Below are positions 55,607 to 64,000 of a DNA stretch of 64,000 nt, in pieces. Position numbers and translations under genes: made by a program. How positions within the stretch are numbered: position 1 is the stretch's first letter; every line of letters starts with the position of its first letter. The stretch is from the NCBI GenBank assembly GCA_963756875.1, contig CAVWPA010000003.1:768001-832000 (forward strand), in the 5' to 3' direction. This DNA is from an uncultured Verrucomicrobiae bacterium. Lineage in GTDB: Bacteria > Verrucomicrobiota > Verrucomicrobiia > Chthoniobacterales > UBA10450. Below the pieces are notes generated by a model, which saw only the letters and a program-made list of their open reading frames with translations, was not told the origin of the DNA and ran no database searches.

Positions 55607-56655
55607 CCGGCGAATTGCTTATCATTACTCCGGAGTTGGCGCCGGGCGCGGGTGGGGTTGGCGATTATTCGCTGCGATTGCTTGAGAATTTGCCGGACCG
55701 GAAAAACATCAAACTACTCGTGCCGCCGGGCGATTTGAAGGAGCTTTCCCCGAGCGTCCGCAAAGTGCTCGTGCAATACAGTGCCTACGGTTTTGATCCT
55801 CTCGGTTATCCGCGCCATCTGATTCGAGCGCTGATCCACTGGAAAAAAAGGTCACACGGCCGATTGCTCATTATGTTCCATGAGATCTGGACGTTTTGGC
55901 CAATGACGAACAAAAACTGTTTTGTGCAAATGCTTCATCGCCGAGCGATCAAGCGCTTGCTTTCACATGCCGATGTTGTTTTCACCAGCACGCCAAGCCA
56001 GGCTGATCATCTCCGGGCCTTATCGGCGAGCGCTCCGGTTCACGTGCTGCCTGTCGGGTCCAATATTTCTCGTAAATCCGGCGTCGATCTTCCGCGTCAC
56101 GCCGGGTGGGCAATCATTTTCGGGAGGCAGTCGGCAAGGGTGCGTTCCCTGAAAAAAATGCGCGCCAGCCTGAACGCTTTGGCGACGGCCGAACAACTTA
56201 CCCGGATCATTACGGTCGGCGCGAATTCGGATTCGCAAGCACACAACGAAGAACGCGATTTACTTGCGGACTTGTCACTTGCGGATGGCTTCGAACAACG
56301 CGGGCCGCAATCCGAAGCGACCATCTCGGAAATGCTTTCGACTGCTTCATTTGGCATCTTCGGCCAGGATGAATTGAGCTATGGCAAGTCGGGGACTTTT
56401 ATGGCGTACGCCGCGCATGATCTAAATGTTCTTGCAGATTTTGCCGATCCATCCGGACCGGAGCCTCTTTGCTGGCTGGTTGCGCCGCGCGACCTGGTTG
56501 AGGGAATTTCGCCATCCGAATTAAAAAGACGCGCCGAACATTTGCGCGAATGGCAGCAACGGGCTGCATCCTGGGAGCTGATTGGCGCAACGATCGCGCA
56601 GGCGTTTGAATTAGGTGCAACCAAACGATTACGGGTTCAAACTGCTCGCCAGTGA
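55603..56655 (+). CDS. GT-B glycosyltransferase-like protein, paralog of the upstream gene
   Basis: GGVGDYS, VQYSAYGF, IMFHE, LPVGSNI and GKSGTFMAYAAH; GTGA coupling at both ends. Confidence 0.78.
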   Translation: MTGELLIITPELAPGAGGVGDYSLRLLENLPDRKNIKLLVPPGDLKELSPSVRKVLVQYSAYGFDPLGYPRHLIRALIHWKKRSHGRLLIMFHEIWTFWPMTNKNCFVQMLHRRAIKRLLSHADVVFTSTPSQADHLRALSASAPVHVLPVGSNISRKSGVDLPRHAGWAIIFGRQSARVRSLKKMRASLNALATAEQLTRIITVGANSDSQAHNEERDLLADLSLADGFEQRGPQSEATISEMLSTASFGIFGQDELSYGKSGTFMAYAAHDLNVLADFADPSGPEPLCWLVAPRDLVEGISPSELKRRAEHLREWQQRAASWELIGATIAQAFELGATKRLRVQTARQ

Positions 56656-57707
56656 AACAAATAAAACTACTACTCGTCAGTCCCTGCTTTGGCACTTATG
56701 GCGGGATTGAGGCGTTCGTTCTGGCCGTGACCGAAGCGGTGCGCCGCGAACCGGATTTCACCGTGCGACTCTGCTTTAAGAAGGTCAAGGGTTTCGCCTT
56801 GAGCCCTGGAATGGCAGCGATGTTGCGCCACGAAACCATCTTGTTTGTTGATCGCGCCGGGCGTGACTTGGCCGACGCAATCAAGTGGGCTGACATCGTG
56901 CATTTACAGAATGCATCGCCCGACGTCGTCTTCCTGGCCAAGTTTTATAGAAAACCTGTCGTGCTTACCATTCACAACTATATGCGACATGAATGGAGCC
57001 TGCATCGATTCCTGTGGCGGATCGCCGCGCGTTTGGCCGATGCGCGCTGGTACAATTCAAACTTTGTCTGGAATACCTGGGAAGGAAATCGCAAGCGGCG
57101 CACCAGCCGCAGGGTCCCGACGGTGTCAAAGCTTCCGCAAGGCTGGGTCTCGCCTAACCAACGGCGCGGTTTCGTTTTTGTCGGCCGCTGGATCGAGCAC
57201 AAAGGAATCGACACTCTTGTAGACGCGTACGCCCGGGCCAATCTCGACCGGGAATCCTGGCCGCTTCTATTGATGGGCGAAGGTCCATTGCGTCCCGCAA
57301 TCGAATCCCGGATCAAAAAACACGGTTTGGACAGCGTCCGGATCGCCGGATTTGTCGATGAAATAACAAAGGCCGATCGGATGAAAAACGCTCGCTGGGT
57401 TGTCGTTCCGCCTGAGACGAAAGAGGATTTGGGATTGACTGCCATCGAGGCGCGAAGTCTCGGTGTTCCCTGCATCATCACTCGCGATGGAGGTTTGCCG
57501 GAAGCCGGTGGCAGCCAGGCTCTCATCTGCGAACCGGGCGATTCGGCTGCTCTGGCAAAACTTCTCGAGCACGCGGCACAAATGAGCGAAGCCGAATATG
57601 TGGAACGAGCCAATCGGACGCGCGAAGAATTGCAGAACCAGCTTCAGCCGATGGATTTTTATGCGCAGTCCTATCGCCGCATTCTCCATCGCGAACCGGT
57701 GCAATAA
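56652..57707 (+). CDS. Glycosyltransferase family 4
   Basis: YGGIEAF, FVGRWIEHKG, EDLGLTAIEARSLGVP and GGLPE. Confidence 0.9.
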   Translation: MKQIKLLLVSPCFGTYGGIEAFVLAVTEAVRREPDFTVRLCFKKVKGFALSPGMAAMLRHETILFVDRAGRDLADAIKWADIVHLQNASPDVVFLAKFYRKPVVLTIHNYMRHEWSLHRFLWRIAARLADARWYNSNFVWNTWEGNRKRRTSRRVPTVSKLPQGWVSPNQRRGFVFVGRWIEHKGIDTLVDAYARANLDRESWPLLLMGEGPLRPAIESRIKKHGLDSVRIAGFVDEITKADRMKNARWVVVPPETKEDLGLTAIEARSLGVPCIITRDGGLPEAGGSQALICEPGDSAALAKLLEHAAQMSEAEYVERANRTREELQNQLQPMDFYAQSYRRILHREPVQ

Positions 57708-58946
57708 ATGGTTTTGCTGATCCACCCATTTGGGAATGCGAACGTGCGGGCATTGCTCGAGGCGCTCTATCGCCATGATCTGCTCGCCCGGTTTATGACC
57801 ACCATCGGCTGGTCGAATAAATCTCATTCGGCGTTGACGCCAAAAATCCGCGGGGCGCTTCGTCGCAATTACGAATTGCCCGCGAACAAGATCGACATCC
57901 ATCCCTTTCGCGAATCGGTGCGGCTATTGGCGGGCAGATTCGGTTTGGGCAAGTTAACAACGCACGAAACCGGATGGGCCAGCATTGACCGGGTTTGGCA
58001 GAGTCTTGATTGGAAAGCGGCGCGGGGAATTCGTCGTGGTCGATTTAGCGGAGATCTTCGGGCAGTTTACGCATATGAAGATTGTGCCGAGCAATCGTTC
58101 ATTGCAGCGCGCAATGTTGATTTGCGCCGCATTTACGATCTGCCCATTGCATATTGGGAAACGGCCCAGCGATTGCTGCGCGAAGAAGCGCAGCGCTATC
58201 CGGATTGGGAGCCGACTTTAGGCGGAACCCGCGATTCCCCGGAAAAGCTTTCGCGGAAAACGAGAGAGCTGGATCTGGCCGAACTGGTGATTTGTCCCAG
58301 TCAGTTTGTTCTTGGTTCCCTGCCTGCCGAAACCAGGAAGGCGAAGGAATGCCTTGTCGTACCGTTCGGTGGTCCACCTGTGGAGCAAACTCGGGAAGAA
58401 TCGACGGCTGCAAACAATCATCGTCCGTTGCGTATTCTGTTCGCCGGCGCGCTGACGCAGCGCAAGGGCCTGGCCGATCTCTTCGCCGCGATGAAAATGA
58501 TTGGTTCAAAAGAGATCGAGCTCGTGGCCATGGGCTCGCTTCTGCGTCCGCTCAACTGGTATCGGCAAAGACTGGCGAAATTCGCTTACGAACCTCCGCG
58601 TCCGCATGCGGGCGTGTTGCAGCTGATGGAAAGCTGCGATGTTTTTGTCCTTCCATCCATTGTCGAAGGGCGCGCGCTGGTGCAGCAGGAGGCGATGGCC
58701 TGCGGACTTCCGGTAATCACAACCAGGAACGCCGGTGCGGATGATTTGATTGTCGATGGAGAGACCGGATTTCTCGTTCCGATCCGTTCTCCGGAAGCCA
58801 TTGCCGAAAAAATATGCTGGTGCGCAGACAACCGATCGCGCATCTCTGGCATGGGGATTGCAGCCAAGAGACGCGCGAGCGAATTTACCTGGCGCGCCTA
58901 TGGCGACAGGATCGTCGCCGCGATCCGAGCGTTAATTTCCAAATGA
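57708..58946 (+). CDS. Glycosyltransferase family 4
   Basis: LFAGALTQRKG, VLPSIVEGRALVQQEAMACGLP and DGETGFLVP. Confidence 0.92.
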   Translation: MVLLIHPFGNANVRALLEALYRHDLLARFMTTIGWSNKSHSALTPKIRGALRRNYELPANKIDIHPFRESVRLLAGRFGLGKLTTHETGWASIDRVWQSLDWKAARGIRRGRFSGDLRAVYAYEDCAEQSFIAARNVDLRRIYDLPIAYWETAQRLLREEAQRYPDWEPTLGGTRDSPEKLSRKTRELDLAELVICPSQFVLGSLPAETRKAKECLVVPFGGPPVEQTREESTAANNHRPLRILFAGALTQRKGLADLFAAMKMIGSKEIELVAMGSLLRPLNWYRQRLAKFAYEPPRPHAGVLQLMESCDVFVLPSIVEGRALVQQEAMACGLPVITTRNAGADDLIVDGETGFLVPIRSPEAIAEKICWCADNRSRISGMGIAAKRRASEFTWRAYGDRIVAAIRALISK

Positions 58947-60394
58947 AAGGGGACGATCCCATCGAAAAAGCGAAACACCGTATTCGCCAGCTGATCTGGC
59001 TGTACTTTTGGCTCCTTTTAATCGAGGGAGCGCTTCGCAAGTGGGTCGTGCCGCAAGCGCAGTTTTCAAATCCACTTCTGATTGTGCGCGATCCCGTTGC
59101 GCTCCTAATCTATTTGTATGCGCTGCGGGCCGGCGTCTTCCCGCGCAACTGGTGGGTCATTTCGGTTCTTACGATCGGTGCGCTTTGTCTCCTGACCACC
59201 TTTGCCCAGCTTCTTCCCTACATCCCTGCTAAAACGATCGCGCTTGTTGCCGGTTATGGATTTCACGCCAACTACTTTCATCTTCCCCTGATTTTTGTGA
59301 TGGCGAGCGTTTTGCGCCGGGAAGACGTCAAAAAGATAGGCAAATGGACGCTGCTCATCCTTGTGCCAATGTCGATCCTGATGGTCTTGCAGTTTCATGC
59401 CGGGCCGGATTCGTTCGTTAACCGGACGGCTGGAGGCGAAGGCGAGATGATTACAGCCGGCATGGGTAAAGTGAGGACATCAGGTACGTTTTCCTTCGTT
59501 ACCGGAGTCGTCGCCTATTTTGCAATGGCAACCGGCTATCTGATCTGGGGGGTACTGAAGAAGGGTACTTACAAGAATTGGTTGCTTGGCGCAGCCGCTA
59601 TCGCTTTGGTTGTCGGGATCGCCGTTTCCGGCAGCCGTTCTGTTGTTGGGGCGTGTGTCGTTGTCGTCGCGGTGCTTTTACCCGTGTTTTTCATGAAGCC
59701 GGAAGCTGTCAGCCGCTTTGGCCAAATTCTCGTCATAACTGTCATATTGGGATTCGTCGTCAGTCGCATTCCGTTTGTTCGAGAAGGTGTTCATGTTCTC
59801 ACGAACCGATTTACCGAAGTGGCGGAGGCCAGCGATCAAACCGTCGCCGGCAATGTTGTTTCGCGGGTTCTTGGCGGCTTTCAAGAAAGTCTGTTCATCT
59901 TAAGCAAGGGAATAGCGCCTCTGTTGGGTTTTGGACTTGGCATTGGCACAAATGCCGGCGCCAAGCTTCTCACCGGGCATCATGTATTTCTTCTGACGGA
60001 AGATGAATGGTCTCGCATTTTTCTCGAGAGCGGCCCGATTTTGGGCGTGGCATACGTCGCCTGGCGCGTCGCCTTTGCGCTTCATGTTTTATGGCTGAGC
60101 CTTAAGTCGGTTTTGCTGCGCAATCTGCTTCCGCTTTTGCTGTTCGCCTCCGCGGGTCTTCCGTTGGTGAACGGCGAGTTCGGCCAACCGACTATTCTCG
60201 GCTTCGTAGTCTTCGCAACCGGGCTGGCCCTGGCCGCACGGAATGAGGAGGAAATCCAATTGGCGGAACCTGAAGAGAGTTCCGCTTCCCGCGCGAAGAT
60301 TGCCCGCCCGGTCCGGCGCCGTTCGCCGTACGCGGAGCGATTGCACAGCTCGGGCGTGGAAGATAACCAAAGCAATGGTGCTATTGATCGGTAA
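58943..60394 (+). CDS. wzy: Wzy-like polysaccharide polymerase
   Basis: More than 10 transmembrane segments, RTSGTFS, SGSRS, GFGLGIG and EDEWSRIFLESG. Confidence 0.75.
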   Translation: MKGDDPIEKAKHRIRQLIWLYFWLLLIEGALRKWVVPQAQFSNPLLIVRDPVALLIYLYALRAGVFPRNWWVISVLTIGALCLLTTFAQLLPYIPAKTIALVAGYGFHANYFHLPLIFVMASVLRREDVKKIGKWTLLILVPMSILMVLQFHAGPDSFVNRTAGGEGEMITAGMGKVRTSGTFSFVTGVVAYFAMATGYLIWGVLKKGTYKNWLLGAAAIALVVGIAVSGSRSVVGACVVVVAVLLPVFFMKPEAVSRFGQILVITVILGFVVSRIPFVREGVHVLTNRFTEVAEASDQTVAGNVVSRVLGGFQESLFILSKGIAPLLGFGLGIGTNAGAKLLTGHHVFLLTEDEWSRIFLESGPILGVAYVAWRVAFALHVLWLSLKSVLLRNLLPLLLFASAGLPLVNGEFGQPTILGFVVFATGLALAARNEEEIQLAEPEESSASRAKIARPVRRRSPYAERLHSSGVEDNQSNGAIDR

Positions 60395-61502
60395 TTACGC
60401 CCCCGATCAGCAGCAAAGCATGCAACGCTTCAGTGCCATGATGCTGCAAGGCCTGACTGCCGCTGGCGTCCACGCGGAGTTGATCAAACCGCAGCCGGTC
60501 TTTGGTAATTTGAGGTCGTTAGGCCCGTTCGTTTCCAAATGGCTTGGTTATATCGACAAATACATTTTGTTTCCCGGGAAATTGAAGGCCCTGTTATCGC
60601 ATCAGCCCGCTCTCGTCCATATCTGCGATCATTCCAACGCGGTTTATGTGCGTCATTGCCGAGGTGTGCCGATTCTGGTGACCTGCCATGATCTACTTGC
60701 CGTTCGGGGCGCGCTCGGCGAACAAACCGATTGTCCGGCGTCTTTGACCGGCCGGATTCTTCAGCGCCGGATTCTCAATGGATTGCAACGAGCAGATGTG
60801 GTTGCATGCGTTTCTCGCGCCACGGCCGACGATGCCAATCGTCTGCTGGCTTCCGGATGTTGCCATCCCCGCGTTGCCATTGTCGGAATGGGCTTGAATT
60901 ACCCCTACCGAAAACTTGAACCGGAAGTCGCCCGCGCCCGACTCGCGGGGATCGACACGTTTGATGCCGCGATTCCATTCGTTCTTCATGTCGGCTCCAA
61001 CCTTAGGAGGAAAAATCGCGATGCCGTATTGCGAATTTTCGCGATGTGCAAAGACAAATGGAACGGTCGGCTCGTGTTTGCCGGCAATCGTTTGAATGCA
61101 GAGCTAGTCTCGCTGGCGGCAGAGCTCGGAATCGCTGACCGAATTATCCAGTTGGAAAATCCGGAAAGCGAATTACTCGAGGCACTCTATAATTGTGCAG
61201 TCGCGCTCTTGTATCCGTCACGATTCGAGGGTTTCGGTTGGCCGATTATCGAAGCGCAGGCCTGCGGCTGTCCGGTCATTTGCAGCAACTCCGGGCCGCT
61301 TCCGGAGGCGGCGGGCGACGCCGGGCTGTTTCACGATGTCAGCGATGAAAGAGGTTTTGCGGAAGATCTGCTGCAGCTCGGGGACCCTGCAAAACGCGCG
61401 GAGTGGAGCGCGAAAAGCCTGCGCAACGCATCGAAATTTTCAACGGCCAGCATGATCGCAAACTACATCGACATCTACCGTAGCTTGGGAGCGAAACTGT
61501 GA
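60375..61502 (+). CDS. Glycosyltransferase family 4
   Basis: VTCHDL, LHVGSNLRRKN and YPSRFEGFGWPIIEAQACGCP. Confidence 0.92.
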   Translation: MVLLIGNYAPDQQQSMQRFSAMMLQGLTAAGVHAELIKPQPVFGNLRSLGPFVSKWLGYIDKYILFPGKLKALLSHQPALVHICDHSNAVYVRHCRGVPILVTCHDLLAVRGALGEQTDCPASLTGRILQRRILNGLQRADVVACVSRATADDANRLLASGCCHPRVAIVGMGLNYPYRKLEPEVARARLAGIDTFDAAIPFVLHVGSNLRRKNRDAVLRIFAMCKDKWNGRLVFAGNRLNAELVSLAAELGIADRIIQLENPESELLEALYNCAVALLYPSRFEGFGWPIIEAQACGCPVICSNSGPLPEAAGDAGLFHDVSDERGFAEDLLQLGDPAKRAEWSAKSLRNASKFSTASMIANYIDIYRSLGAKL

Positions 61503-62164
61503 AAAGGCTTCTCATGCTCCTGAGTTTTTTTCTGCCATGGGGGCTACGCCGTTCCTTTCTGGAAAAGCAATTCGGTTACAAGATTCATCCAAGCTGCAAA
61601 ATCGGATTTGCCTGGATTGTTCCCGCGCGTTTGATCATGGAAGAGGGGAGTCGAATCGACCATCTTACGGTTTGCAAGAACATCGACCTGCTTCATCTGA
61701 AGGCACACGCTTTGATCGGTCGCGGGAATTGGATCACCGGTTTTCCGCTCGGGCCATCCCGTCATTTCGCGGAGGAAAAAGATCGGCGCCCGGAATTGAT
61801 TGTCGGGGAGCACTCCGCGATAACGCACCGGCATCTGATCGATTGCACGAGCTCGGTCACGATCGGCAAGTTTACGACTGTCGCCGGTTTCCAGTCTCAG
61901 ATTATTACGCACACCATCGACATCGAAAACAGTCGTCAGACATCTGCGCCTGTGCGGATTGGCGATTATTGTTTCATTGGAACAAATTGCGTCCTGCTCG
62001 GAGGCAGTGCGGTTCCCGATTTTTGCGTGCTCGGCGCGAAGTCGCTATTGAATAAGACATTTACGGAGCCGTATCAGCTCTATGGAGGAGTGCCCGCGCA
62101 CCCGATCCAGGAACTCTCCAAGGACAGCAAATATTTCCAGCGAACGGAAGGCTTCGTTGTTTAG
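61499..62164 (+). CDS. Hexapeptide-repeat acyltransferase
   Basis: Left-handed beta-helix repeats (VTIGKF, VRIGDYCFIGTNCVLL) and YGGVPA. Confidence 0.88.
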   Translation: MKRLLMLLSFFLPWGLRRSFLEKQFGYKIHPSCKIGFAWIVPARLIMEEGSRIDHLTVCKNIDLLHLKAHALIGRGNWITGFPLGPSRHFAEEKDRRPELIVGEHSAITHRHLIDCTSSVTIGKFTTVAGFQSQIITHTIDIENSRQTSAPVRIGDYCFIGTNCVLLGGSAVPDFCVLGAKSLLNKTFTEPYQLYGGVPAHPIQELSKDSKYFQRTEGFVV

Positions 62165-62260
62165 AAGCGATTTCATAACCAGGAGTGGAGCGCGTGGCTG
62201 TTCGATTTTTGGTTTGAACAAGGCGCAACGAGGAAGCATATCCGCGGCCAACCCCTGTTT

Positions 62261-63472
62261 ATGAAATGGCTTCCAGCGGTACTGAAGATTTTACAAATAG
62301 TCCAAACGCTCGACCCAAGAGTAGGGGGCGTTGCACCGGCCGTTCTTGCCCTGAGCCGCGGCCTTTCCCGGCGCGGTCAAAAGGTCGATATCGTTACTCT
62401 CGATAATCCGCCCCCTGTGGCCGGTTTCGCTGACGCCAGTGTGCACCGGGATATCGCGGAAACCAACCTAACTTTTCACGCGCTTGGCCCGGGCCTAACG
62501 AACTATCGCTACTCTGGAACCCTGACGAAATGGCTGCGGCAGCACGGCAATGATTACGATCGCGTGATTGTGAATGGTCTATGGCAGTATCTAAGTTTTG
62601 CCGCGTGGCGTCGTTTCGGCGGGACAGCAACCCCTTATTATGTTTTTCCTCATGGAATGCTGGATCCCTGGTTTAAGACGACGTTTCCGCTCAAGCATCT
62701 GAAGAAATGGCTCTATTGGCCATGGGCCGATTATCGAGTCCTTCGTGACGCGACCGCAGTCGTTTTTACTTCTGAAGAAGAACGGCTCCAGGCCAGGAGA
62801 TCGTTCTGGCTTTATCGCTGCCACGAGAGAGTGTCGCCGCTCGGTATTGAAACGCCACGGCCGGTCTCACTTCAGGCAAAGGAAGCGTTTCTCACGCGTT
62901 ATCCGGCGCTGCGAAACAGGAAAGTACTTCTGTTTCTGGGTCGATTGCATCCGAAAAAAGGGTGCGACCTGCTCATAGACGCCGTTTCGCGTTTTACGAA
63001 AACGGCGAAAACCATCTCGCTTGTGCTCGCCGGCCCCGATCAAATCGGTTGGGAACGGGAGCTGCGCGCCCGCGCCGCTCGTCTTGGGATCGCATCGCAT
63101 ATTGTCTTTACCGGGATGTTACAGGGCGAACTGAAACAGGCCGCGCTCACGAGCGCAGATGCGTTCATTCTTCCATCGCATCAGGAGAACTTTGGAATGT
63201 CGGTCGTGGAGGCGCTCGCGGCCGGTCTGCCCGTGCTTATTTCCGACCGTGTCAATATCTGGCGCGAGGTCGTTGAAGACGACGCAGGATACGTCGAGAA
63301 TGACGACCTCGCCGGCACGACGCGCTTGATTGAGCGCTGGATCAACGCATCGCCCGCGGAGAGTGAAACGATGCGGACCAAGGCTCAAGAATGTTTTGCG
63401 CGTCGCTTCGAAATTGGTCACGCGACTGATTCTCTCTTGTCGATCTTAAACGAGTCGCGGGTGGTCGCATGA
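62261..63472 (+). CDS. Glycosyltransferase family 4
   Basis: PHGMLDPW, LFLGRLHPKKG and LPSHQENFGMSVVEALAAGLP. Confidence 0.93.
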   Translation: MKWLPAVLKILQIVQTLDPRVGGVAPAVLALSRGLSRRGQKVDIVTLDNPPPVAGFADASVHRDIAETNLTFHALGPGLTNYRYSGTLTKWLRQHGNDYDRVIVNGLWQYLSFAAWRRFGGTATPYYVFPHGMLDPWFKTTFPLKHLKKWLYWPWADYRVLRDATAVVFTSEEERLQARRSFWLYRCHERVSPLGIETPRPVSLQAKEAFLTRYPALRNRKVLLFLGRLHPKKGCDLLIDAVSRFTKTAKTISLVLAGPDQIGWERELRARAARLGIASHIVFTGMLQGELKQAALTSADAFILPSHQENFGMSVVEALAAGLPVLISDRVNIWREVVEDDAGYVENDDLAGTTRLIERWINASPAESETMRTKAQECFARRFEIGHATDSLLSILNESRVVA

Positions 63473-64000
63473 AGATCACGATTGTGCTTGGCGCGTTCTT
63501 CCCCGTTCCTCCCATCATGGGCGGCGCCGTCGAAAAGGCTTGGTTCACGCTTGCACAGGAATTCGCGAGTCGCGGCCACCAGGTCGTTCAAATCTCGCGG
63601 ACCATGCCGCAACTCCACCGCCAGGAATCTCTGGCCGGGGTCCTGCATCTGCGGGTCCGGGGATTCGATGCGCCGCGCTCGCTCCTTTGGCTTAAATTTC
63701 TCGACCTGATTTATTCGTTGAGAGCGATGTCAATTTTGCCGAAAGCGGACATCGTCGTTACGAACACATTTTGGCTCCCAATCCTGTTGCGTAATTCGAA
63801 GCGCGGCAAAGTTTACGTCCACGTGGCCAGATATCCCAAAGGGCAGATGCGGTTTTATGGCAAAGCAGCGCGATTGCAGGCGCCATCCCGGGCTGTCGCG
63901 CGCGCGATTGAGGCGGAAGCGCCGCGGCTGCAGCCAAAAATCGGGGTTATCCCGTACCCGGGACCGCAATCGGTTAACCACGATGAGCCTCCGACGATTA
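63469..64000 (+). CDS. Glycosyltransferase family 4, 3' partial
   Basis: ATG 63469 overlaps the previous stop. MKITIVLGAFFPVPPIMGGAVEKAWF...RGHQV is open to the window edge. Confidence 0.85.
   Translation, partial: MKITIVLGAFFPVPPIMGGAVEKAWFTLAQEFASRGHQVVQISRTMPQLHRQESLAGVLHLRVRGFDAPRSLLWLKFLDLIYSLRAMSILPKADIVVTNTFWLPILLRNSKRGKVYVHVARYPKGQMRFYGKAARLQAPSRAVARAIEAEAPRLQPKIGVIPYPGPQSVNHDEPPTI

Overview
GC-rich bacterial chromosomal window, most likely from a soil Verrucomicrobiota (Spartobacteria/Chthoniobacterales, Ca. Udaeobacter-like). This placement is an inference from the PEP-CTERM proteins, the HMGT-type IleRS, the repeat families and the gene content. In order, the window holds: (1) a MacAB/LolCE-type efflux unit with two TolC proteins, a membrane fusion protein and an ABC permease, the last two broken by many indels that are probably sequencing errors; (2) ino1; (3) an AddAB-like helicase-nuclease pair; (4) a complete selenocysteine cluster, Rdx(Sec)-selC-selD(Sec)-selA-selB, in which two genes contain in-frame UGA codons that the ORF track misses or truncates; (5) two outer-membrane proteins behind a perfect CusR/CopR-type palindrome, next to a CusRS-like two-component system; (6) a surface-protein island with three PEP-CTERM genes and two tandem Asp-box beta-propeller paralogs; (7) ileS-lspA-cca-glgA, a GT-C protein, a flavoprotein, gcvP and a hybrid histidine kinase; and (8) a long Wzx/Wzy exopolysaccharide locus running off the right edge. 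The best candidates for new biology are the Sec cluster and the metal-regulated module. The Sec cluster has a shared A-GUU-U SECIS-like hairpin, an apparently 7/5 tRNA-Sec, and heptamer-repeat hairpins bracketing the tRNA. The metal-regulated module encodes a small beta-barrel protein carrying a TonB-box-like motif. GTAG/REP-like palindromes inserted in frame into housekeeping genes are also notable. No CRISPR array, rRNA, transposase, integrase or prophage was recognised.
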